In this document: piece after piece, positions 35,865 to 47,600 of the stretch | Layout: each line of letters starts with the position of its first letter | How positions within the stretch are numbered: the stretch's first letter is position 1 | Assembly (NCBI RefSeq): GCF_018977255.1 | Contig: NW_024705387.1 | Coordinates: 1 to 49,747 of the forward strand | Direction: 5' to 3' | Source of the DNA: Callorhinchus milii | Taxonomy: Eukaryota | Length of the DNA: 49,747 nt | Position numbers and translations under genes: made by a program | The notes under the pieces: generated by a model | The model's database searches: none | What the model was told of the DNA's origin: nothing | What the model saw: only the letters and a program-made list of their open reading frames with translations

Positions 35865-37095
35865 AACATCACCACAATCTCCACAATCAATACAAACACC
35901 TCAATCACCACTAACACCACCACAAACACCATCACAATCACCATCACAATCACCACAAACACTACAATCACCAAAACACCTCAATCACCACTAACACCGC
36001 CACAAACACCATCACAATCACAATCACAATCACCACAAACACCTCAATCACCACAAACACTTTCAATCACCACTAACACCACCGCAAACACCATCACAAT
36101 CACCACCGCAATCACCATCACAATCACCACAAACACTACAATCACCAAAACACCTCAATCACCACTAACACCGCCACAATCACCACAATCACAATCACCA
36201 CAAACACTACAATCATCACAATCATTACCACAATCACCACCACAATCACAGGTATTATTATTATTATTATTATTAAATCACCACAAACGCACCTCACGGA
36301 CATAGACCGTACACCTCACAAACACACACATCATACACACACACACACACACACAGATCAGCTCACAACACACCATACACACACACACACTGTACATCTA
36401 ACACACACAGTACACACACACCTGGTGGTTACCTCAAGCGGGTGGGTTTGACGAGTTATTTGATGAACTGTCCATCGTGTTACAAGCTTCTAAATAAAAT
36501 AAATGGGATGTTACACAGGTTACAGACTACGTATACATACACCCAGGCTACAGAGCGCACACACACACACACACAGACTACACGCCACACTCACAGACAC
36601 ACAGTCTACAGATTACAAACACACACAGATTACAAACACATACATACAGACTACAAGCTACACATAAACATCTAAACTACAGATTACAAACAAGACACAT
36701 ACAGCCTACATGCCACATACACACACACACAGCCTACAGGCCACATACACACACACACAGCCTACAGGCCACATACACACACACACAGCCTACAGGCCAC
36801 ATACACACACACAGCCTACAGGCCACATACACACACACACACACACAGCCTACAGGCCACATACACACACACACAGCCTACAGGCCACATACACACACAC
36901 ACACACACAGCCTACAGGCCACATACACACACACACAGACTACAGGCCACACATACACACACACAGCCTACAGGCCACATACACACACACACAGCCTACA
37001 GGCCACATGCACACACACACAGCCTACAGGCCACATGCACACACACACAGCCTACAGGCCACATGGACACACACAGACTACAGGCCACATACACA
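35865..37095 (+). repeat. CA-rich minisatellites flanking the candidate minus-strand exon
   Basis: (caccacaatca)n and (cagcctacaggccacatacacacac)n. Confidence 0.8.
36433..36489 (-). CDS. Candidate last coding exon of another gene (MHC class I cytoplasmic-tail-like): xACNTMDSSSNNSSNPPA*
   Basis: On minus: tttattttatttag|AA GCT TGT AAC ACG ATG GAC AGT TCA TCA AAT AAC TCG TCA AAC CCA CCC GCT TGA G|gtaacc; phase 1, Ser/Asn-rich, stop immediately before a donor. Confidence 0.45.
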
Positions 37096-37097
37096 CA

Positions 37098-37313
37098 ATA
37101 GATCATAGATCACAGAATATTACAGCACAGAAGTAGGTGATTTGGCCCACTGTGCTTGTGCCGGCGCTTTGGAAGAGCTACCAACTACCCCCACCCCCCC
37201 AGCTCTCTCCCCAATCAGTCCCACTCCCCCGCGCTCTCCCCAATCAATCCCATTGCCCCCGCTCTTAGCCCAACTAGCCCCACTCCCCTGCTCTCTCACT
37301 AACTAGCCCCACT
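37098..37313 (-). mobile_element. CR1 3' tail
   Basis: Reverse-complement similarity to 30960-31058. Confidence 0.65.
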
Positions 37314-37857
37314 GGTCAGAACCCCGCCAACAGGCGTCACTCACAGTCTGACTGACAGGCGTCACTCACAGTCCGACTGACAGGCGTCACTCACAGTCCG
37401 ACTGACAGGCGTCATTCACAGTCTGACTCACAGGTGTCACTCACAGTCTGATTGGCAGGCGTCACAGTCTCACTGGCAGACGTCATTCACAGTCTAACTG
37501 ACAGGCGTCACTCACAGTCTGACTGACAGGCGTCACTCACAGTCTGACTCACAGGTGTCACAGTCTGACTGGCAGGCGTCACAGTCTCACTGACAGACGT
37601 CACTCACAGTCTAACTGACAGGCGTCACTCACAGTCTGACTGACAGGCATCACTCACAGTCCGATTGACAGGCGTCACTCACAGTCCGACTGACAGGTGT
37701 CACTCACAATCCGACTGATAGGCATCACTCACAGTCTGACTGACAGGCATCACTCACGGTCCGACTGACAGGCATCACTCACAGTCTGACTGACAGGTAT
37801 CACTCACAGTCTGACTGACAGGAGTCACAGTCTCACTGACAGGCATCACTCACAGTA

Positions 37858-38420
37858 TTGTGGTGTTTGCAGTGGAGATGGGGAGGTTGCACACGGATTG
37901 TGCACTCACTATTAGTGTGTGGTGTTTGCAGTGTGGAGATGGGAGGTTGCACACTGATTGTGTACTCACTATTAGTGTGTGGTGTTTGCAGTGTGGAGAT
38001 GGGAGGTTGCACACTGATTGCGTACTCACTATTAGTGTGTGGTGTTTGCAGTGTGGAGATGGGAGGTTGCACACTGATTGTGTACTCACTATTAGTGTGT
38101 GGTGTTTGCAGTGTGGAGATGGGAGGTTGCACACTGATTGTGTACTCACTATTAGTGTGTTGTGTTTGCAGTGTGGAGATGGGGAGGTTGCAGTGTGGAG
38201 ATGGGGAGATTGCACACTGATTGTGTACTCACTATTAGTGTGTGGTGTTTGCAGTGTGGAGATGGGGAGGTTGCAGTGTGGAGATGGGGAGATTGCACAC
38301 TGATTGTGTACTCACTATTAGTGTGTGGTGTTTGCAGTGTGGAGATGGGGAGGTTGCAGTGTGGAGATGGGGAGATTGCACACTGATTGTGTACTCACTG
38401 TTAGTGTGTGGTGTTTGCAG
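37858..38420 (+). repeat. About 60 bp repeat containing the PSMB12 exon 4 acceptor (3 units at 26516-26660 in copy 1)
   Basis: Unit gtgtggtgtttgcagtgtggagatgggaggttgcacactgattgtgtactcactatta. Confidence 0.9.
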
Positions 38421-38689
38421 TGTGGAGATGGGGGAGCCGCCCCTCGTACTCTCGGCTGCGACGATCCTGAAGGAAATCTGCTATAAAAATCGGGACGACA
38501 TGTCGGCCGGATTCATCGTGGCCGGGTGGGACCGGAAGAAAGGAGCCCAGGTACAGGCAGACCCACTGCCCTCCCACAGGGCTACAGTCACACTATTACA
38601 CTGAGACCTACTGACAGGGGATACAGTCAGACACTATTACACTGACATGACACTGTCTCCCTCACAGGTAAACACTGTGTTTCCATGAC

Positions 38690-41600
38690 GTTTACACAGT
38701 ATCTGTCACTGATCACACTGTGTGTGTCTCTCGGGTTTACACAGTGTCTGTCACTGATCGCACTGTGTCTCTCTCAGGTTTACACAGTGTCTGTCACTGA
38801 TCACAATGTGTGTCTCTCAGGTTTACACAGTGTCTGTCACTGATCACACTGTGTGTCTCTCAGGTTTACACAGTGTCTGTCACTGATCACACTGTGTCTC
38901 TCTCAGGTTTACACAGTGTCTGTCACTGATCACACTGTGTGTCTCAGGTTTACACAGTGTCTGTCACTGATCACACTGTGTGTCTCTCTCAGGTTTACAC
39001 AGTGTCTGTCACTGATCACACTGTGTGTCTCTCAGGTTTACACAGTGTCTGTCACTGATCACACTGTGTGTCTCTCTCAGGTTTATACAGTGTCTGTCAC
39101 TGATCACACTGTGTCGCTCTCAGGTTTACACAGTGTCTGTCACTGATCACACTGTGTGTCTCTCAGGTTTACACAGTGTCTGTCACTGATCACACTGTGT
39201 GTCTCTCAGGTTTATACAGTGTCTGTCACTGATCACACTGTGTCTCTCTCAGGTTTACACAGTGTCTGTCACTGATCACACTGTGTGTCTCTCAGGTTTA
39301 CACAGTGTCTGTCACTGATCACACTGTGTGTCTCTCAGGTTTACACAGTGTCTGTCACTGATCACACTGTGTCTCTCTCTGGTTTGCACAGTGTCTGTCG
39401 CTGATCACACTGTGTCTCTCTCAGGTTTATACATTGTCTGTCACTGATCACACTGTGTCTCTCGGGTTCATACAGTGTCTGTCACTGATCACACTGTGTG
39501 TCTCTCAGGTTTACACAGTGTCTGTCACTGATCACACTGTGTGTCTCTCTCAGGTTTATACAGTGTCTGTCACTGATCGCTCTGTGTCGCTCTCAGGTTT
39601 ATACAGTGTCTGTCACTGATCACACTGTGTCTCTCAGGTTCACACAGTGCCTGTCACTGATCACACTGTGTGTCTCTCAGGTTTATACAGTGTCTGTCAC
39701 TGATCACACTGTGTCTCTCAGGTTTACACAGTGTCTGTCACTGATCACACTGTGTCTCTCAGGTTTACACAGTGTCTGTCACTGATCACACTGTGTCTCT
39801 CAGGTTTACACAGTGTCTGTCACTGATCACACTGTGTGTCTCTCAGGTTTACACAGTGTCTGTCACTGATCACACTGTGTCTCTCAGGTTTACACAGTGT
39901 CTGTCACTGATCACACTGTGTCTCTCAGGTTTATACAGTGTTTATCACTGATCACACTGTGTGTCTCTCAGGTTTACACAGTGTCTGTCACTGATCACAC
40001 TGTGTCGCTCTCAGGTTTACACAGTGTCTGTCACTGATCACAATGTGTCTCTCAGGTTTACACAGTGTCTGTCACTGATCACACTGTGTGTCTCTCAGGT
40101 TTACACAGTGTCTATCGCTGATCACAATGTGTCTCTCAGGTTTATCGCTGATCACACTGTGTGTGTCTCTCAGGTTTACACAGTGTCTGTCACTGATCAC
40201 ACTGTGTGTCTCTCAGGTTTACACAGTGTCTGTCACTGATCACACTGTGTGTCTCTCAGGTTTACACAGTGTCTGTCACTGATCACACTGTGTGTCTCTC
40301 AGGTTTACACAGTGTCTGTCACTGATCACAATGTGTGTCTCTCAGGTTTACACAGTGTCTGTCACTGATCACACTGTGTCTCTCAGGTTTATACAGTGTT
40401 TATCACTGATCACACTGTGTGTCTCTCAGGTTTACACAGTGTCTGTCACTGATCACACTGTGTCGCTCTCAGGTTTACACAGTGTCTGTCACTGATCACA
40501 ATGTGTCTCTCAGGTTTACACAGTGTCTGTCACTGATCACACTGTGTGTCTCTCAGGTTTACACAGTGTCTATCGCTGATCACAATGTGTCTTCAGGTTT
40601 ATCGCTGATCACACTGTGTCTCTCAGGTTTACACAGTCTCTGTCACTGATCACAATGTGTCTCTCAGGTTTACACAGTGTCTGTCACTGATCACACTGTG
40701 TGTCTCTCAGGTTTACACAGTGTCTGTCACTGATCACACTGTGTGTCTCTCAGGTTTACACAGTGTCTGTCACTGATCACACTGTGTGTCTCTCAGGTTT
40801 ACACAGTGTCTGTCACTGATCACACTGTGTCGCTCTCAGGTTTACACAGTGTCTGTCACTGATCACACTGTGTCTCTCTCTGGTTTACACAGTGTCTGTC
40901 ACTGATCACACTGTGTGTCTCTCAGGTTTACACAGTGTCTGTCACTGATCACACTGTGTGTCTCTCAGGTTTACACAGTGTCTGTCACTGATCACACTGT
41001 GTGTCTCTCAGGTTTACACAGTGTCTGTCACTGATCACACTGTGTGTCTCTCAGGTTTACACAGTGTCTGTCACTGATCACACTGTGTCGCTCTCAGGTT
41101 TACACAGTGTCTGTCACTGATCACACTGTGTGTCTCAGGTTTACACAGTGTCTGTCACTGATCACACTGTGTCTCTCAGGTTTACACAGTGTCTGTCACT
41201 GATCACACTGTGTGTCTCTCAGGTTTACACAGTGTCTGTCACTGATCACACTGTGTCTCTCAGGTTTACACAGTGTCTGTCACTGATCACACTGTGTCTC
41301 TCAGGTTTACACAGTGTCTGTCACTGATCACACTGTGTGTCTCTCAGGTTTACACAGTGTCTGTCACTGATCACACTGTGTCTCTCAGGTTTATACTGTG
41401 TTTATCACTGATCACACTGTGTGTCTCTCTCAGGTTTACACAGTGTCTGTCACTGATCACACTGTGTCGCTCTCAGGTTTACACAATGTCTGTCACTGAT
41501 CACAATGTGTCTCTCAGGTTTACACAGTGTCTGTCACTGATCACACTGTGTGTCTCTCAGGTTTACACAGTGTCTATCGCTGATCACAATGTGTCTCTCA

Positions 41601-44600
41601 GGTTTACACAGTGTCTATCGCTGATCACACTGTGTGTGTCTCTCAGGTTTACACAGTGTCTGTCACTGATCACACTGTGTGTCTCTCAGGTTTACACAGT
41701 GTCTGTCACTGATCACACTGTGTGTCTCTCAGGTTTACACAGTGTCTGTCACTGATCACACTGTGTGTCTCTCAGGTTTATACAGTGTCTGTCACTGATC
41801 ACACTGTGTGTCTCTCAGGTTTACACAGTGTCTGTCACTGATCACACTGTGTGTCTCTCAGGTTTACACAGTGTCTGTCACTGATCACACTGTGTGTCTC
41901 TCAGGTTTATACAGTGTCTGTCACTGATCACACTGTGTCGCTCTCAGGTTTACACAGTGTCTGTCACTGATCACACTGTGTGTCTCTCAGGTTTACACAG
42001 TGTCTGTCACTGATCACACTGTGTGTCTCTCAGGTTTACACAGTGTCTGTCACTGATCACACTGTGTGCTCTCAGGTTTACACAGTGTCTGTCACTGATC
42101 ACACTGTGTGTCTCTCAGGTTTACACAGTGTCTGTCACTGATCACACTGTGTGTCTCTCAGGTTTACACAGTGTCTGTCACTGATCACACTGTGTGTCTC
42201 TCAGGTTTACACAGTGTCTGTCACTGATCACACTGTGTTCTCTCAGGTTTACACAGTGTCTGTCACTGATCACACTTGTGTCTCTCAGGTTTACACAGTG
42301 TCTGTCACTGATCACATGTGTCTCTCAGGTTTACACAGTGTCTGTCACTGATCACACATGTGTGTCTCTCAGGTTTACACAGTGTCTGTCACTGATCACA
42401 CTGTGTGTCTCTCAGGTTTACACAGTGTCTGTCACTGATCACACTGTGTCGCTCTCAGGTTTACACAGTGTCTGTCACTGATCACACTGTGTCTCTCAGG
42501 TTTACACAGTGTCTGTCACTGATCACACTGTGTGTCTCTCAGGTTTACACAGTCTCTGTCACTGATCACAATGTGTCTCTCAGGTTTACACAGTGTCTGT
42601 CACTGATCACACTGTGTGTCTCTCAGGTTTACACAGTGTCTGTCACTGATCACACTGTGTGTCTCTCAGGTTTACACAGTGTCTGTCACTGATCACACTG
42701 TGTGTCTCTCAGGTTTACACAGTGTCTGTCACTGATCACACTGTGTGTCTCTCAGGTTTACACAGTGTCTGTCACTGATCACACTGTGTGTCTCTCAGGT
42801 TTACACAGTGTCTGTCACTGATCACACTGTGTCTCTCTCACGTTTACACAGTGTCTGTCACTGATCACACTGTGTGTCTCTCAGGTTTACACAGTGTCTG
42901 TCACTGATCACACTGTGTGTCTCTCAGGTTTACACAGTGTCTGTCACTGATCACACTGTGTCTCTCTCAGGTTTACACAGTGTCTGTCACTGATCACACT
43001 GTGTCTCTCTCTGGTTTACACAGTGTCTGTCAATGATCACTGATCACATGTGTCTCTCAGGTTTACACAGTGTCTGTCACTGATCACACTGTGTGTCTCT
43101 CAGGTTTACACAGTGTCTGTCACTGATCACACTGTGTGTCTCTCAGGTTTATACAGTGTCTGTCACTGATCACACTGTGTCTCTCAGGTTTACACAGTGT
43201 CTGTCACTGATCACACTGTGTGTCTCTCAGGTTTACACAGTGTCTGTCACTGATCACACTGTGTGTCTCTCAGGTTTACACAGTGTCTGTCACTGATCAC
43301 ACTGTGTTGCTCTCAGGTTTACACAGTGTCTATCACTGATCACACTGTGTGTCTCTCAGGTTTACACAGTGTCTGTCACTGATCACACTGTGTCGCTCTC
43401 AGGTTTACACAGTGTCTGTCACTGATCACACTGTGTCTCTCTCTGGTTTACACAGTGTCTGTCACTGATCACACTGTGTGTCTCTCAGGTTTACACAGTG
43501 TCTATCACTGATCACACTGTGTGTGTCTCTCAGGTTTACACAGTGTCTGTCACTGATCACACTGTGTGTCTCTCAGGTTTATACAGTGTCTGTCACTGAT
43601 CACACTGTGTGTCTCTCAGGTTTACACAGTGTCTGTCACTGATCACACTGTGTGTCTCAGGTTTACACAGTGTCTGTCACTGATCACACTGTGTCTCTCA
43701 GGTTTACACAGTGTCTGTCACTGATCACACTGTGTCTCTCAGGTTCACACAGTGTCTGTCACTGATCACACTGTGTGTCTCTCAGGTTTACACAGTGTCT
43801 GTCACTGATCACACTGTGTCTCTCAGGTTTATACAGTGTCTGTCACTGATCACAATGTGTCTCTCAGGTTTACACAGTGTCTGTCACTGATCACACTGTG
43901 TGTCTCTCAGGTTTACACAGTGTCTATCACTGATCACAATGTGTCTCTCAGGTTTATCGCTGATCACACTGTGTCTCTCAGGTTTACACAGTGTCTGTCA
44001 CTGATCACACTGTGTGTCTCTCAGGTTTACACAGTGTCTGTCACTGATCACACTGTGTGTCTCTCAGGTTTACACAGTGTCTGTCACTGATCACACTGTG
44101 TGTCTCTCAGGTTTACACAGTGTCTGTCACTGATCACACTGTGTCTCTCAGGTTTACACAGTGTCTGTCACTGATCACACTGTGTGTCTCTCAGGTTTAC
44201 ACAGTGTCTGTCACTGATCACACTGTGTGTCTCTCAGGTTTACACAGTGTCTGATCACTGATCACACTGTGTGTCTCTCAGGTTTACACAGTGTCTGTCA
44301 CTGATCACACTGTGTCGCTCTCAGGTTTACACAGTGTCTGTCACTGATCACACTGTGTGTCTCTCAGGTTTACACAGTGTCTGTCACTGATCACACTGTG
44401 TGTCTCTCAGGTTTACACAGTGTCTGTCACTGATCACACTGTGTGTCTCTCAGGTTTACACAGTGTCTGTCACTGATCACACTGTGTGTCTCTCAGGTTT
44501 ACACAGTGTCTGTCACTGATCACACTGTGTTGCTCAGGTTTACACAGTGTCTGTCACTGATCACACTGTGTGTCTCTCAGGTTTACACAGTGTCTGTCAC

Positions 44601-47600
44601 TGATCACACTGTGTCTCTCTCAGGTTTACACAGTGTCTGTCACTGATCACACTGTGTCGCTCTCAGGTTTACACAGTGTCTGTCACTGATCACACTGTGT
44701 TCTCTCAGGTTTAAACAGTGTCTGTCACTGATCACACTGTTCTCTCAGGTTTACACAGTGTCTGTCACTGATCACACTGTGTCTCTCAGGTTTACACAGT
44801 GTCTGTCACTGATCACACTGTGTCGCTCTCAGGTTTACACAGTGTCTGTCACTGATCACACTGTGTGTCTCTCAGGTTTACACAGTGTCTGTCACTGATC
44901 ACACTGTGTGTCTCTCAGGTTTACACAGTGTCTGTCACTGATCACACTGTGTCTCTCTCAGGTTTACACAGTGTCTGTCACTGATCACACTGTGTCTCTC
45001 TCAGGTTTACACAGTGTCTGTCACTGATCACACTGTGTCTCTCTCTGGTTTACACAGTGTCTGTCACTGATCACACTGTGTGTCTCTCAGGTTTACACAG
45101 TGTCTGTCACTGATCACACTGTGTGTGTCTCTCAGGTTTACACAGTGTCTGTCACTGATCACACTGTGTGTCTCTCAGGTTTACACAGTGTCTGTCACTG
45201 ATCACACTGTGTCGCTCTCAGGTTTACACAGTGTCTGTCACTGATCACACTGTGTGTCTCAGGTTTACACAGTGTCTGTCACTGATCACACTGTGTCTCT
45301 CAGGTTTACATAGTGCCTGTCACTGATCAGACTGTGTCTCTCAGGTTCACACAGTGTCTGTCACTGATCACAATGTGTGTCTCTCAGGTTTACACAGTGT
45401 CTATCGCTGATCACACTGTGTCTCTCAGGTTTATACAGTGTCTGTCACTGATCACACTGTGTCTCTCAGGTTTACACAGTGTCTGTCACTGATCACACTG
45501 TGTCTCTCAGGTTTATACAGTGTTTATCACTGATCACACTGTGTGTCTCCCTCAGGTTTACACAGTGTCTGTCACTGAACACACTGTGTCGCTCTCAGGT
45601 TTACACAATGTCTGTCACTGATCACACTGTGTCTCTCAGGTTTACACAGTGTCTGTCACTGATCACACTGTGTGTCTCTCAGGTTTACACAGTGTCTATC
45701 GCTGATCACAATGTGTCTCTCAGGTTTACACAGTGTCTGTCGCTGATCACACTGTGTGTGTCTCTCAGGTTTACACAGTGTCTGTCACGGATCACACTGT
45801 GTGTCTCTCAGGTTTACACAGTGTCTATCGCTGATCACACTGTGTGTGTCTCTCAGGTTTACACAGTATCTATCACTGATCACACTGTGTGTCTCTCAGG
45901 TTTATACAGTGTCTGTCACTGATCACACTGTGACTCTCAGGTTTATACAGCGTCTGTCACTGATCACACTGTGTGTCTCTCAGGTTTACACAGTGTCTGT
46001 CACTGATCACACTGTGTGTCTCTCAGGTTTACACAGTGTCTGACACTGATCACACTGTGTGTTGCTCAGGTTTACACAGTGTCTGTCACTGATCACACTG
46101 TGTCGCTCTCAGGTTTACACAGTGTCTATCACTGATCACACTGTGTGTCTCTCAGGTTTACACAGTGTCTGTCACTGATCACACTGTGTGTTGCTCAGGT
46201 TTATACAGTGTCTGTCACTGATCACACTGTGTCGCTCTCAGGTTTACACAGTGTCTGTCACTGATCACACTGTGTGTCTCTCAGGTTTACACAGTGTCTG
46301 TCACTGATCACACTGTGTGTCTCTCAGGTTTACACAGTATCTATCACTGATCACACTGTGTGTCTCTCAGGTTTACACAGTGTCTGTCACTGATCACACT
46401 GTATCTCTCAGGTTTATACAGTGTCTGTCACTGATCACACTGTGTCGCTCTCAGGTTCACACAGTGTCTGTCACTGATCACACTTTGTCTCTCTCAGGTT
46501 TACACAGTCTCTGTCGCTGATCACAATGTGTCTCTCAGGTTTACACAGTGTCTGTCACTGATCACACTGTGTGTCTCTCAGGTTTACACAGTGTCTGTCA
46601 CTGATCACACTGTGTGTCTCTCAGGTTTACACAGTGTCTGTCACTGATCACACTGTGTGTTGCTCAGGTTTACACAGTGTCTGTCACTGATCACACTGTG
46701 TCTCTCTCACGTTTACACAGTGTCTGTCACTGATCACACTGTGTCTCTCTCTGGTTTACACAGTGTCTGTCACTGATCACACTGTGTGTCTCTCAGGTTT
46801 ACACAGTGTCTATCGCTGATCACACTGTGTGTGTCTCTCAGGTTTACACAGTGTCTGTCACTGATCACAATGTGTGTCTCTCAGGTTTACACAGTGTCTA
46901 TCACTGATCACACTGTGTGTCTCTCAGGTTTATACAGTGTCTGTCACTGATCACACTGTGTGTTGTTCAGGTTTATACAGTGTCTGTCACTGATCACACT
47001 GTGTCTCACAGGTTTACACAGTGTCTGTCACTGATCACGCTGTGTGTTGCTCAGGTTTACACAGTGTCTGTCACTGATCGCACTGTGTGTCTCTCAGGTT
47101 TATACAGTGTTTATCACTGATCACACTGTGTGTCTCTCAGGTTTACACAGTGTCTGTCACTGATCACACTATGTGTCTCTCTCAGGTTTACACAGTGTCT
47201 GTCACTGGTCACACTATGTGTCTCTCTCAGGTTTACACAGTGTCTGTCACTGATTACACTGTGTGTCTCTCAGGTTTATACAGAGTGTGTGACTGATCAC
47301 ACTTTGTGTCTCTCTCAAGTTTACACAGTTTCTGTCACTGATCGCAATGTGTGTCACTCAGGTTTACACAGTGTCTGTCACTGATCACACTGTGTGTCTC
47401 TCAGGTTTATACATTGTCTGTCACTGATCACACTGTGTCTCTCGGGTTCATACAGTGTCTGTCACTGATCACAATGTGTGTCTCTCAGGTTTACACAGTG
47501 TCTGTCACTGATCACACTGTGTGTCTCTCTCAGGTTTATACAGTGTCTGTCACTGATCGCTCTGTGTCGCTCTCAGGTTTATACAGTGTCTGTCACTGAT

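Larger units (their letters stand above)
34560..38550 (+). pseudogene. PSMB12: Partial second copy of PSMB12: exon 2 (34560-34629, 70 bp, frameshifted), exon 3 (34967-35097, cut by the gap), exon 4 (38421-38550, intact); no exon 1 seen; exons 5-6 not in window
   Basis: Near-identical to 25218-26920 including introns; homology starts near 34464 inside a SINE head. Could be a real duplicate or an uncollapsed haplotype. Confidence 0.75.

Noticed and set aside
35715..36305. Mucin-like Thr/Ser/Pro-rich ORF
   Set aside because: Translation of a CA-rich minisatellite lying within the intron of the candidate minus-strand gene.
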